DNA of 57,803 bases from a virus. Lineage: Duplodnaviria > Caudoviricetes. The notes beneath the pieces are model-generated. The model saw nothing but the letters and a program-made list of their open reading frames with translations. It did not search any database and had not been told where the DNA came from. The translations under genes were made by a program, and so were the position numbers. The stretch spans positions 1 to 57,803 of the IMG/VR virus record IMGVR_UViG_3300009154_000067, one strand, 5' to 3'. Position 1 is the first letter of the stretch; the number at the start of each line of letters is the position of its first letter. Positions 24,098 to 34,286 of this stretch are shown in pieces.

Positions 24098-25501
24098 ATG
24101 AAAATTGAAAGAGTAATATTTGGTAATTTATTAAATCGTGAAGAGTATGGTAGAAAGGCCATACCCTTCATCAAGGCAGAATATTTTCACGACAAGAATG
24201 ATAGAATCATATTTGAATTGATTGATGATTATGTTCAGAAATATAACAGGTTTCCTACCAAAGAATCCCTACAAATTGATCTAGAGAACAAGCAGGGTGT
24301 TAACGACACCATGTTTAAGGAAATCGCAGAAGAGATTGCAACGATTGAGACGGATTCTGCCACAGAACTGGAATGGATTCTAGAAAAGACAGAGAAGTTT
24401 TGTCAAGAGAAAGCAGTCTATAATGCAATCATGCAATCAATTCAAATTCTTGATAAAAAGGACACAAAGTATGATAAGGGGGCAATTCCTCAAATTCTCA
24501 GCGATGCTCTTGGTGTTTCTTTCGATACTCACATTGGACATAATTGGATGGATGATAGCGATAGTCGTTTTGAGTCTTATCATCTTAAAGAAAATAAAAT
24601 TCCGTTCAGATTAGAATATTTTAATCTTATAACAAAGGGAGGATTGCCTAACAAAACACTTACGACCATTTTAGCTGGAACAGGCATTGGAAAAAGTCTT
24701 GCCATGTGTGATTTTGCAGCAGGCAATTTACTTGACAGTAAAAACGTTTTATATATCACAATGGAAATGGCCGAAGAAAAGATTGCGGAGAGAATTGATG
24801 CTAATCTTCTAGATATCCCATTGGATCAGATGGAAGATATTTCAAAAGAAGTATATGATAAGAAACTAGCCAGAGTCAAGACAAAGACTAAAGGTCGGCT
24901 GATCATCAAGGAATATCCAACATCATCAGCTAGCTCTGCAAATTTTAGACACCTACTAAACGAATTGAAGCTTAAGAAAAGTTTTGTTCCAGAAATTATT
25001 TACATCGACTACCTAAATATCTGTGCGTCTTCGCGTATCAAATTAAGTGGTAATGTTAACAGCTACACCTACATCAAGTCTATTGCAGAGGAAATTAGAG
25101 GGCTAGCCGTCGAGTTCAACGTACCTATTGTGACTGCTACCCAAGTGAATAGAGCCGGGTACTCTAGCTCTGATGTGGGCCTAGAGAACACTTCTGAGTC
25201 GTTTGGTCTGCCTGCTACCGTCGATCTAATGTTTGCTCTAATCTCTTCAGAGGAACTAGAAGCCCTAAATCAGATCATGGTCAAGCAGCTAAAAAATCGT
25301 TTCAATGATCTAAATTTTCACCGAAAGTTTGTAGTTGGTATTGATAGGTCGAGAATGAAATTGTATGATGTAGAAGAATCTGCACAGCACGATTTAGTTG
25401 ACGATACTCCTGTGATGAACCAGACAAAATTTGGCTCCGAGGATGATAACCGTTCAAAAGATAATAAGGGGTTTAAAAACAAATTTAAAGGATTTGCATG
25501 A
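24098..25501 (+). CDS. 41: Replicative DNA helicase (gp41)
   Basis: LAGTGIGKS, YITMEMAEE.I..RIDAN, IDYL, TATQ.NR and SESFGLP motifs. Confidence 0.95.
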   Translation: MKIERVIFGNLLNREEYGRKAIPFIKAEYFHDKNDRIIFELIDDYVQKYNRFPTKESLQIDLENKQGVNDTMFKEIAEEIATIETDSATELEWILEKTEKFCQEKAVYNAIMQSIQILDKKDTKYDKGAIPQILSDALGVSFDTHIGHNWMDDSDSRFESYHLKENKIPFRLEYFNLITKGGLPNKTLTTILAGTGIGKSLAMCDFAAGNLLDSKNVLYITMEMAEEKIAERIDANLLDIPLDQMEDISKEVYDKKLARVKTKTKGRLIIKEYPTSSASSANFRHLLNELKLKKSFVPEIIYIDYLNICASSRIKLSGNVNSYTYIKSIAEEIRGLAVEFNVPIVTATQVNRAGYSSSDVGLENTSESFGLPATVDLMFALISSEELEALNQIMVKQLKNRFNDLNFHRKFVVGIDRSRMKLYDVEESAQHDLVDDTPVMNQTKFGSEDDNRSKDNKGFKNKFKGFA

Positions 25502-25701
25502 CAAACTACAAAGTAAAATACATGGCCGGCAACACTCTCCCTTGGGGAGTTGTCGAGGTACCGACTGAAAATATTATGAAGACTTACATTTCTTACAAAG
25601 ATGCAAAATCATTTACACAAAACATGAATAAGAATTTATTGGGATTTCAAGGCTGGACACCAAATTTCTTCTTTGCAGAATGTAGTATAGAAAATAACTG
25701 A
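25498..25701 (+). CDS. Hypothetical protein
   Basis: GF.GWTP.FF motif. Confidence 0.7.
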   Translation: MTNYKVKYMAGNTLPWGVVEVPTENIMKTYISYKDAKSFTQNMNKNLLGFQGWTPNFFFAECSIENN

Positions 25702-25706
25702 AAAAA

Positions 25707-25737
25707 GAGTAGGTCAGAAACGGCCTACCCTTTTTTT
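25707..25737 (+). terminator. Rho-independent terminator
   Basis: GTAGGTC...GGCCTAC followed by T-run. Confidence 0.7.
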
Positions 25738-25768
25738 ATAAATATTCCTGATATACGGAGTGTTTTTA

Positions 25769-26386
25769 ATGGTTGATTTACTTTATCAAATATCCAAAAC
25801 AGGTATTGGCTTTGGTACAAAAAAATATTTAAAAAAAACTATATCAAATATGATAAACAAAACCAATAAATTATATAATAAACCAATAGAATATCATTCT
25901 AAAATGTCGGATGGTAGAAAAGTATATTATGGCATTGACGATTTTGATTATGAAATGCACATAATAGTAAATCAAAATGATGCCGTCGAAGCAATATTAG
26001 CTACTGAGAAAAAATGGAAAAGCCAGAGAGTTGAGAGCGTTATTTCCATTCACCGAGCAAAAATTCACAAACTTTATTACCATCTTATTATGAAATTTGA
26101 TTACATCATAATAACTGACAGGCAATCAATTGGTGGAGTTCGTGTATGGCAAAAACTTTCAAAAATGAAAAATATAAACATATATGGCATAAATCCACAA
26201 ACAGATCAATCATATAATATTGATTTGCGAGAAATTCATGACACGCATGTTTCCGATATTGACTTATTAAAAATTAAATCAGCATCGACTGGCGTGTGTA
26301 AAAAAATTGTCAAGAATGAAATTGGCTCCATGAAAGAGACAAGGATGATGAATCTTGTCGCTCATAGTAAAACTTCTACAATATAA
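25769..26386 (+). CDS. Late hypothetical protein, possibly GNAT-like fold
   Basis: TATAAATA at 25737 plus RBS hairpin; TDRQSIGG.RVW motif. Confidence 0.55.
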   Translation: MVDLLYQISKTGIGFGTKKYLKKTISNMINKTNKLYNKPIEYHSKMSDGRKVYYGIDDFDYEMHIIVNQNDAVEAILATEKKWKSQRVESVISIHRAKIHKLYYHLIMKFDYIIITDRQSIGGVRVWQKLSKMKNINIYGINPQTDQSYNIDLREIHDTHVSDIDLLKIKSASTGVCKKIVKNEIGSMKETRMMNLVAHSKTSTI

Positions 26387-26408
26387 ATATCAAAAATTGG
26401 AGATTTAT

Positions 26409-27191
26409 ATGAAAAACGATCCCTGCTGGAATGGCTATAAAATGGTCGGAACAAAGAAAAAAGGCGGTAAGACTGTCCCCAATTGTGTTCCGGTACAGAA
26501 AGAATCTACAGAATTGCTGGATGAGGCAAATACTGCCATTAAAGCAATCGGCGGAACAGAATCTAGACATGTGAGAACATATCTAAAAAATAATGGGTTT
26601 TCTATGCGTGAAAATCAAAATAATGGTGGACATGAAATGTGGGTTCATCCTGATGGCAGAAGTTTTGCTATTCCGAGACATAAAGGTGATTTGTCGCCGG
26701 GCATTTTAAACAGCGCATATAAAGTTGCTAAGGGCACAAAAATGAATGAAGAAAAATTATCTGTGCAAGCAGCAAATGTAAAAAAATATGGAAGTTCTGA
26801 AAAACGTTCTAAAGTTAAAGCAAATCCGTTGTCTAGATTGGATGGTGATCCAACAGATTATATCAAAGATACCCCAGGACAAAGTAAATTGGCAACTGTC
26901 AAGAAAATTGTCAAAGAAGCTTTAAATAAATTAGAAGAAGATGCTAAAGGCTATAAAAATCCTACTGGCGGTTTGACCCAAGCTGGCCGCGATCATTATA
27001 ACAGAGAAACTGGTGGAAATCTACAGGCCCCAGTAACAACACCTCCTCAAAAATTAAAGCCAGACAGCAGAGCCGCCAATCGCAGAAAGTCTTTTTGTGC
27101 TAGAATGTCCGGAGTAGAAGGACCAATGAAAAAACCAAATGGTAAACCAACCCGCAAAGCACTAGCTTTAAGAAAATGGAATTGTGAATAA
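26409..27191 (+). CDS. Late modular protein containing a HicA-like domain (~26550-26738)
   Basis: DPCW.GY..VG.K.K.G..VPNCV module; L..NGF......GGHE.W.HP.....IP.H..DL..G.L.S HicA pattern; C-terminal GGLT..GR..YN...SFCARM...W.C module. Confidence 0.75.
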   Translation: MKNDPCWNGYKMVGTKKKGGKTVPNCVPVQKESTELLDEANTAIKAIGGTESRHVRTYLKNNGFSMRENQNNGGHEMWVHPDGRSFAIPRHKGDLSPGILNSAYKVAKGTKMNEEKLSVQAANVKKYGSSEKRSKVKANPLSRLDGDPTDYIKDTPGQSKLATVKKIVKEALNKLEEDAKGYKNPTGGLTQAGRDHYNRETGGNLQAPVTTPPQKLKPDSRAANRRKSFCARMSGVEGPMKKPNGKPTRKALALRKWNCE

Positions 27192-27631
27192 TGGAAGAGC
27201 TTGTACAGCAGATGAAGGTATGCCTAGCCAGCACTTTCGCATTTTATCTGAAGGCTCATAATTTTCATTGGAACGTAGAAGGTCCATTATTCCCTCAGTA
27301 TCATTCTCTATTTGAAAGCGTGTACACTGATGCATGGGGCGCTATTGATTCAATCGCAGAGCATATCCGTGCTCTTGATTCCTACGCCCCTGGAAGCATG
27401 TCAAGATATTCATCACTTTCAATTGTCGATGAACAGCTAAATGTTCCAAACGCACACAAGATGATTATAGAAATTCTTTCAGATAATAACTCAGTGAAAA
27501 CCCTTCTAGAAAAAACTTGTAATTTGGCTGAAAAAAATAATCAAGTCGGCCTAGCAAATTTTCTTCAGGATCGTATTGATATTCATTCTAAGCAGGGCTG
27601 GATGCTAAAAGCTACATCAAAGGTCCAATAA
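27191..27631 (+). CDS. dps: Dps (DNA starvation/stationary phase protection protein)
   Basis: KAHNFHWNV.G..F..YH.LFE..Y, D.IAEHIRAL and K.GWML motifs. Confidence 0.92.
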   Translation: MEELVQQMKVCLASTFAFYLKAHNFHWNVEGPLFPQYHSLFESVYTDAWGAIDSIAEHIRALDSYAPGSMSRYSSLSIVDEQLNVPNAHKMIIEILSDNNSVKTLLEKTCNLAEKNNQVGLANFLQDRIDIHSKQGWMLKATSKVQ

Positions 27632-27632
27632 T

Positions 27633-29129
27633 ATGACAAACAAATACAGAAGCATAGAATCGTTGATTCGTCAGGTTGTTGGTGAGAGTTATAGCAGTTA
27701 TAGTAGGCAGATTCGTAATAGATCGACAAAATCGCCCGATAAAATGGAGGATGGTATTGAAGATGGTGCCAAAAGAAATGCCAGCGCAGCGGCTGCTGCC
27801 GAAGAGAAAAAAGAAGATAAAAAGGAAACTCGTGAAATTGAAATTGAGAAACGCGAACTTGCTGCACGCAGACGCAGCAGAGAACACAGCGTTCGCGAAG
27901 AAATTTCAGTGGGGACAAAAAAACGTATTGAAATTAAAACTGTTAGTAGATTGGTTGATCCAGCACCTACCTCAGAAAAATCTAAATTGTCAAGAACAGC
28001 AGAAATTACATCAAAAATAATAGAAGGAAATTCATTAATGTATAGCGATAACAAATTCGGACTAACAGCCAGCCTTATCAATGCGACCAAATCTATTCTT
28101 GAAAGAGCCGAAGACAAAGAAAAGAAAGCTGTTGAAAGAGACGACGAGGAAGAAGTCAACCTTTTTAAAAAAGACCCTAAAAAAGATGGTAAGTTTGGTG
28201 AAGTTGCGGGCGGTAAAACTTATATTGAGTTAGAGCCAGAAACAGACGAAGACAATCATGATGGTGATGATGATAAAATCACAAAAAAATCTGGCAAAAA
28301 CGAAAAGGATGAATTCAAGCGTCGTGGAATGAAAGAAGAAGTTGAACTTCACGAAGCTCTTCTTCCTATTCATACAATTGAAAGCCCAAAGGGTGAACAT
28401 TTTTCAAAGATTTTCCGTAATACCACTACTGGAACTTATGAAATTCACCATTATGAAAACAACCAGAAGGTTGGTTCTTCCGTGACCAATAATATTGATA
28501 ATGCACATAAGATTGCAAAAGATTCTGTGACAAGAGCACAAAATTCAAAAACCATAAAGAAAATTAGAGAATCAGTAGAGAATGTGGATGAGGGGTTTGT
28601 AAGACCATATGAACATTATGGGACGCATACAGGCACTCATTCAGGGGCAATAGAGCACGTTATTAATCATATGAAAAACCTTGGTTGGAAGCACTCAGGA
28701 ACCACTAACCATAGTGATAAGATGAGCACGGCATATTTTGGGCATAAAAGTGGCGCAAAAGCATTTGCTACAATTAGCAATGTTGGTAGAGAACCACATG
28801 AGCATGGTTATGATATCCATTCAAGTGCATATGGTCCAAAGAAAGCGGTACGCGAAGAAGTGCATATTTCTGATGAAGAGCTTAATCATATCAACGCAAT
28901 TGCTAACACTTTGGACAAAGCAAAAAATAAAAAACTAGACGAAGAAAAAATTGAGCACTTCCGCAATGGTTCAAGGCATGTTATTGCTGAACCTAGCCCA
29001 GCAGACCCTGATCACATGTTATTAACTTACCGAGAGAAAAACCAAGATATTGCATATGGAAAAGCCCATCGCAGTCACTATAAAAAAATAGCCAATGAAT
29101 TTATCAAAACGGGTGAATTGAGAGGCTGA
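27633..29129 (+). CDS. Large charged/His-rich late protein with repeated xxE motifs
   Basis: VREE, IIEG, MKEE, LHEA, IRES, VDEG, VREE and LDEE separate short segments. Confidence 0.65.
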   Translation: MTNKYRSIESLIRQVVGESYSSYSRQIRNRSTKSPDKMEDGIEDGAKRNASAAAAAEEKKEDKKETREIEIEKRELAARRRSREHSVREEISVGTKKRIEIKTVSRLVDPAPTSEKSKLSRTAEITSKIIEGNSLMYSDNKFGLTASLINATKSILERAEDKEKKAVERDDEEEVNLFKKDPKKDGKFGEVAGGKTYIELEPETDEDNHDGDDDKITKKSGKNEKDEFKRRGMKEEVELHEALLPIHTIESPKGEHFSKIFRNTTTGTYEIHHYENNQKVGSSVTNNIDNAHKIAKDSVTRAQNSKTIKKIRESVENVDEGFVRPYEHYGTHTGTHSGAIEHVINHMKNLGWKHSGTTNHSDKMSTAYFGHKSGAKAFATISNVGREPHEHGYDIHSSAYGPKKAVREEVHISDEELNHINAIANTLDKAKNKKLDEEKIEHFRNGSRHVIAEPSPADPDHMLLTYREKNQDIAYGKAHRSHYKKIANEFIKTGELRG

Positions 29130-29130
29130 A

Positions 29131-29295
29131 GTGATTTCTTTCAAGAAATGGCTGATTGAAAAAGTAAAGAAAAGGGGCGAGAAGGATAAAGTTCCTTCCG
29201 CTCCTACAATCGGTTCTGCCCAAGGAGCAAATGGCGACCAAAGCGGTGTTAGACCAACTGGCGATGATACACCTGCTGGCGGTGGCAACGACTAA
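29131..29295 (+). CDS. Small protein with internal-protein-like leader (MISFKKWLIE, 54 aa)
   Basis: GTG start after GAGG RBS; below the ORF-track cutoff. Confidence 0.65.
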   Translation: MISFKKWLIEKVKKRGEKDKVPSAPTIGSAQGANGDQSGVRPTGDDTPAGGGND

Positions 29296-29606
29296 TAACA
29301 CATAAATAAAAGCAAAACATTTTTAGGAGTCAAGAAAATGGCATTATGGGGAAAAAATGATCAGGCTGTTACTGCAAACAGCACAACAACAAGAGAATCG
29401 TCAAACGGTGCTCCAATCAGGCGACCAAAGCGGATTTAATGTTGCGACTGATGTTACTAGAGCCGGTGGTGGCAACGACTAATAACACATAAATAAAAGC
29501 AAAACATTTTTAGGAGTCAAGAAAATGCCATTATGGGGAAAAAATGATCAGGCTGTTACTGCAAACAGCACAACAACAAGAGAATCGTCAAACGGTGCTC
29601 CAATCA
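29233..29606 (+). repeat. 187-bp tandem duplication with a divergent internal block
   Basis: Copies start at 29233 and 29420; their ATGs are at 29338 and 29525. Confidence 0.92.
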
Positions 29607-30499
29607 ACACCTACGCATTAGTGCGTCAGGGCGGTGGCGCAAACGCAGCATACGGCAATACAAACAACGGACTAAGCCACGCTAACGTAGATGTTGCTAT
29701 GTTTGGTAATACAACAATAGGAGCTTTTGTTCCCGGTCAGGCTGTTGGCGTATTCGGCGTTGATACAACAGAAATGGCCGTAGGTTCTAGCGGTCTTGCC
29801 GTAGGAAGAGTGACGTTTGGTGGTACAGGCTATAGCGCAAATGCTACCGTAACAATCACTGCAACAAATGGCGGAACTAGTGGTGTTGCCAATGCATTCG
29901 CAAATACCACTGCTGGTGTTGGTGGAAAAATTACAGACATTAATATATCAACAGCAGGTTCTGGGTATATAACAAATCCATCAATCGTAATTTCAGCACC
30001 AACAGGATTGAGCATTACAGCAAATACCGCTGGCGTAAGCAATACTGCTGACGTTCTACTTCTTGCCACTGCAAATTCTCGTTTCCAGGCTGGCGACAGA
30101 CTTCAGTATAGAGTTGCAACAGGCAATACGGCAATTCCTAATTTGACTGGAAACGCATTTTATTATGTGTCTTTTGCGAATACGACTGCTCTTGCGCTTT
30201 CTACAACAATTGGTGGTGCAAACATTGACATTGCAGAAACTCGTGTGGCTGCTTCCGAAACTGGACATAGCTTGATTGGTGATACTGCAACAGGCGTTAT
30301 CATCGTTGGTGGTGCTAGAAACAAAGGCATAGCTCATGCTGGGTGGGTCTTGAGAACTGAAGGTAGTGGTGGTCGTGCAGGGCGTGTTACATACGAAACT
30401 CTAGTTGCTATGGCATCACTGGGCACACAGTCAGCACCATACGGCACTCCTGCTCTTGTGGCTGATGCTTCTGATGACACATTCCTACCTGATTCGTGA
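29525..30499 (+). CDS. Gly/Thr/Ala-rich virion structural protein
   Basis: M.LWG..D start; HAGWV....G.GGRAGRV..ETLVAM C-terminal motif. Confidence 0.75.
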   Translation: MPLWGKNDQAVTANSTTTRESSNGAPINTYALVRQGGGANAAYGNTNNGLSHANVDVAMFGNTTIGAFVPGQAVGVFGVDTTEMAVGSSGLAVGRVTFGGTGYSANATVTITATNGGTSGVANAFANTTAGVGGKITDINISTAGSGYITNPSIVISAPTGLSITANTAGVSNTADVLLLATANSRFQAGDRLQYRVATGNTAIPNLTGNAFYYVSFANTTALALSTTIGGANIDIAETRVAASETGHSLIGDTATGVIIVGGARNKGIAHAGWVLRTEGSGGRAGRVTYETLVAMASLGTQSAPYGTPALVADASDDTFLPDS

Positions 30500-30531
30500 T
30501 AAATACTTCTAAAAACTAGGAGTATTTTTTT

Positions 30532-31233
30532 ATGTCTAATGACGCAAAAAAGGTAAGTGAATTAGGTATTGCTACTACCCTGTCTGCAAATGACAGGGTA
30601 GTAATTTTATCAAATCCAGACACTTCAGCCAATGTAAAAACTATAACCACAAATAATTTCTTTGCATCTCTGGGGCAAATGAATGTCAACGGGAATATTG
30701 TTCCCACATCAAACAATGTTTACGCGCTCGGTAATAATACAAATCGTTGGGCGTCTTTGTGGATTGGTAGTAACACCGGAATTAGATATTCAGACAACAC
30801 CACTCAGACTACTGCATATACAGTAACTTCAAATACATTCAATCCAAATTTCACAACAAATACAGGTAACGTTCTTGTTGGTATGACGCAAAGTGGAAAT
30901 TATATTAAATTTGGAAAAATATGTTATTTCCGTACATATATTAATTTTGCTAATGTGTCTTCATATGCTGATGGGAGTGGCCAATATCAAATCACTCTTC
31001 CATTCCCATCTGTCGCAACAATTTCTATTAGAGGCGGAACCCTACATAATATTAATACTGCGTCTGTTTACCATATCGGTGGTGTTTTAGATACCGAAAC
31101 CAACAACTCCATTTTAAGTCTATATTATTCTGGATCAACCACAGATTTGGCATGGAAAAATACCACACCAGTATCATGGTTTTCAGGCAACACTACTCAT
31201 TTTGATATTTCTGGCGTTTATGAAACCGTTTAA
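30532..31233 (+). CDS. Putative virion fibre/structural protein
   Basis: KKVSEL, GNIVP..NNVY.LG....RW, G.Y.K.GK and ITLPF fibre-like motifs; late RBS hairpin. Confidence 0.6.
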   Translation: MSNDAKKVSELGIATTLSANDRVVILSNPDTSANVKTITTNNFFASLGQMNVNGNIVPTSNNVYALGNNTNRWASLWIGSNTGIRYSDNTTQTTAYTVTSNTFNPNFTTNTGNVLVGMTQSGNYIKFGKICYFRTYINFANVSSYADGSGQYQITLPFPSVATISIRGGTLHNINTASVYHIGGVLDTETNNSILSLYYSGSTTDLAWKNTTPVSWFSGNTTHFDISGVYETV

Positions 31234-31628
31234 TGAACGAAAATTTACATGATGGGAATTTTTTAATATACTGCGCGAAGCGATATGATGATCCAGGCGT
31301 CACTTCAACTGAAGAGTTTATGGAAGATCTAGACAGAATCAAGTATATCAAAAAACTACTGACCAGATATACTGAGACAGGTGAATTGAAAGAACGACTT
31401 ATACTTAATCATATAATAGTATTACATAATTGTTTTGGTAAATATTTGTCTAAGATATTATTTTTGAAATTGGAACCACAATTTCATTATGTCAAGCCAT
31501 TTTTAATTCTACTTAATGCTTTACCTCTGATCATATATAATGTGAATGAAAAAAACATCCACACGGACGAAATTCCACTTGACATTGGAATAGTAACCGC
31601 TCTCAGGAAGATCAACAATGAAGCTTAA
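31233..31628 (+). CDS. T4-like conserved hypothetical protein
   Basis: EEF.EDL.RIKYIK.L...Y...GELKERLILNH motif. Confidence 0.8.
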   Translation: MNENLHDGNFLIYCAKRYDDPGVTSTEEFMEDLDRIKYIKKLLTRYTETGELKERLILNHIIVLHNCFGKYLSKILFLKLEPQFHYVKPFLILLNALPLIIYNVNEKNIHTDEIPLDIGIVTALRKINNEA

Positions 31629-32124
31629 TGGAAACATACATAACAAATTATTAAATTTTATCAAATTTGTTGGTAAAGAAATTGGTCTGTCCAAACTACC
31701 AAAAGTAAATTTTGTCAATTCAAAAGAAAATAGTATGCGAGCTTTTGGTCATTTTGATCCAAAAACCAAAGCAATTGTTGTGAGAATTACAGATCGTCAT
31801 CCACTTGACGTTATGCGTACCATCGCGCATGAAATTGTTCATTACAAACAAATCATCACAAACAAACCCGGCAACGAAGACGAAGCGAATGCTGTAGCTG
31901 GTAGAATTATGAGGAAATACGATAACACGCACCCTTCAGAATTTGACGAGCACCCCATCAAAGAGGATATCACGTCAGCCGTCCCAGCAAACGCTGTAGG
32001 TTCCCCTAGCGCCGCAAATGCTGCATTCCCCGGCCTAGGAGACAACCCCCCTGTAGGCCCAAAAAAGAAGGGTAGTAGGGGAGCATCCATTATAGGAATC
32101 GTTGCTAGGAAAATGCCATCATGA
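31618..32124 (+). CDS. Zincin-like metallopeptidase domain protein
   Basis: RTIAHEIVHYKQ (HExxH) and E.EANA motifs. Confidence 0.7.
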   Translation: MKLNGNIHNKLLNFIKFVGKEIGLSKLPKVNFVNSKENSMRAFGHFDPKTKAIVVRITDRHPLDVMRTIAHEIVHYKQIITNKPGNEDEANAVAGRIMRKYDNTHPSEFDEHPIKEDITSAVPANAVGSPSAANAAFPGLGDNPPVGPKKKGSRGASIIGIVARKMPS

Positions 32125-32519
32125 GCGACAACGTGGAATTCAGATTTAATAAAATAGATGATGCAATTGCAAAATTGGCCGTAGTAGCATCAGACTTATC
32201 TCGTATGATTGCTGTACAAGAATTGAGAATCAGTCAGCACGAAAAATCATCAGATAATATAGGGGTTCTCATGGAAAAAAGGCGCGATGAAATTGATAAA
32301 AAATTCCATGATGTTTACGACACTATTCGTGAAGAAGACCATGCCGTACTTGAGGAAATTCGCAAATCAAGAGAGGCGTCTGACAAGCAGCACAAATCAT
32401 TGGATGAAAAAATTTCTCGAATGGAAAAAACGTTATGGATGGCAATCGGTGGTGGGGCTACCATTGGTTTTTTAATTTCTATGGCAGCAAATTACCTTAA
32501 ACTTTTTGGAGGTCACTGA
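32121..32519 (+). CDS. Coiled-coil protein with C-terminal TM segment
   Basis: Heptad-rich region followed by LWMAIGGGATIGFLISM. Confidence 0.7.
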   Translation: MSDNVEFRFNKIDDAIAKLAVVASDLSRMIAVQELRISQHEKSSDNIGVLMEKRRDEIDKKFHDVYDTIREEDHAVLEEIRKSREASDKQHKSLDEKISRMEKTLWMAIGGGATIGFLISMAANYLKLFGGH

Positions 32520-32594
32520 TCCGAATTTGCTTGACACCATGATGGCTAATGTGTATAATTCATATTGTGAAAATGATATAAAGGTTTATATAAT

Positions 32595-33629
32595 ATGGAT
32601 TATATTGATACAAAGTATGTAAATTTGATTTCAAGTAGGCTAAGGAATTTTACCAGAAAGTCATCAGAGTTATATAATTTTTCTTGTGTATTTTGTGGAG
32701 ATTCAAAAGAAGCAAAAAAGGCAAGGGGATATGTCTATATAAAGCAGGGCAAGACTTTGTTTCATTGTCATAATTGTTCTGTGACTATGGGATTCCATAA
32801 TTTTCTGAAAACATTTGATTTTCAGTTATATTCTGAGTATAACTTAGAAAAGTACAAAGACTCCAAACCAATTGAGCAAGTAAAGCAAGAGGCAGAGCTT
32901 CAAGATTTTATTAGCAAAATGAAAAAACCAATCTTCATGCAATCAGGCCCGCTTAAAGGTCTTAAAAAAATAAGTCAGTTAAAATCAGATCATCCATGTA
33001 AGATTTTTGTTGACAATAGACAAATCCCAAATCCATTTCATGCTAAGATGTTTTATTGCCCAAATTATATGCATTGGGTTAATGAAATTATTCCAGGCAA
33101 ATTTCGTGACGAGATTTTGTTATACGATGAGCCAAGACTTCTTATTCCATTTTTTGATAAAGAAAAATATATGCATGCATTTCAGGGAAGATCACTTGAC
33201 CCAAATTCTGATATGCGATATATTACCATCGTAAATGATGACAGCAAGCCAAAAGTTTATGGCATGGATGTAGTTGATTTCAATAAAAAATATTACGTTT
33301 TTGAAGGTCCGATTGATTCCATGTTCGTTGCAAATAGTATTGCAACTGCTGGGGGCGATCTTGTCTCTACCGTAAAAGATTTGCCTAAGAAAAATGCTGT
33401 TGTCGTGTATGATAACGAACCAAGATCAAAAGAAACAAAGCAAAAGCTTGACAGAGCCATAATTAATGGGTATAAAGTATGTGTCTGGCCTACCAATCTT
33501 GAGCACAAAGATGTAAACGATATGATCCTGGCTGGTCTTAGCGCAGATTTCATTCGATACATTATCGATCAAAATACATACCATGATCTAAGAGCTAAAC
33601 TAGCATTGAACATGTGGAGTAAAGTATGA
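32595..33629 (+). CDS. 61: DNA primase (gp61)
   Basis: C..CGDS...HCHNC zinc finger, QGRSL, EGPIDS, DNEPR and KDVND motifs. Confidence 0.95.
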   Translation: MDYIDTKYVNLISSRLRNFTRKSSELYNFSCVFCGDSKEAKKARGYVYIKQGKTLFHCHNCSVTMGFHNFLKTFDFQLYSEYNLEKYKDSKPIEQVKQEAELQDFISKMKKPIFMQSGPLKGLKKISQLKSDHPCKIFVDNRQIPNPFHAKMFYCPNYMHWVNEIIPGKFRDEILLYDEPRLLIPFFDKEKYMHAFQGRSLDPNSDMRYITIVNDDSKPKVYGMDVVDFNKKYYVFEGPIDSMFVANSIATAGGDLVSTVKDLPKKNAVVVYDNEPRSKETKQKLDRAIINGYKVCVWPTNLEHKDVNDMILAGLSADFIRYIIDQNTYHDLRAKLALNMWSKV

Positions 33630-33841
33630 CAAAAAAATTAGTTTTTTATGTCGAGCCGCCAGTAAAATGTGATTGGGCTATTGAGTATGTTGTTTTGGAA
33701 TTTTGGTCTGGTGTTCAAAATCTTAGCGATTTTAAATGCATTGTATGCACAACACATTCACAAGAATTGGCTGAAAAAATTGTAATGGAAAACGAAATTA
33801 ATCGAACTTGGGTCAAGGCATGGAGGTTATTCCCAGAATGA
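33626..33841 (+). CDS. Hypothetical protein
   Basis: Overlapping gene chain. Confidence 0.55.
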   Translation: MTKKLVFYVEPPVKCDWAIEYVVLEFWSGVQNLSDFKCIVCTTHSQELAEKIVMENEINRTWVKAWRLFPE

Positions 33842-34050
33842 AATCTTACCACTACAACCAACAGACAATTAACGAAGATGATGCATCTGTTGTCACGGTT
33901 ACAGAAGAACAAATCATCAAAGAATATTACCCATGGTGGGAAGAACAGATGATTAAAAAATTTGGCAGCGGGCATTATCTCATTACGCCAGAAAAATGCA
34001 TCGAAGATTGGGTTATCGTTAATTGGGCGTGGGAAAGTAAATGGAAATGA
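33838..34050 (+). CDS. Hypothetical protein
   Basis: YYPWW..M..K...CIEDW...NWAW pattern. Confidence 0.7.
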   Translation: MKSYHYNQQTINEDDASVVTVTEEQIIKEYYPWWEEQMIKKFGSGHYLITPEKCIEDWVIVNWAWESKWK

Positions 34051-34286
34051 CCAGATACGAAAAAATAGAAAATTTGAGAGAAATGCGTCGGTTACAAACT
34101 TTGCTTGCTGATAAAATTGAAAAAAATCGTCTAGAGCTTAAAAAAGAATGTGATCATAAATGTGGTTATGTAAAAAATAGAATCACATATTACCCAGGAA
34201 CATACTACGATAAAGGAATGGATGTACATTATGAATATTGTGATATGTGCGATTATACCAAAGAACTTAAACAAGTTTATGATTGA
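34041..34286 (+). CDS. Hypothetical protein with CxH/CxxC
   Basis: Overlapping gene chain. Confidence 0.6.
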   Translation: MEMTRYEKIENLREMRRLQTLLADKIEKNRLELKKECDHKCGYVKNRITYYPGTYYDKGMDVHYEYCDMCDYTKELKQVYD

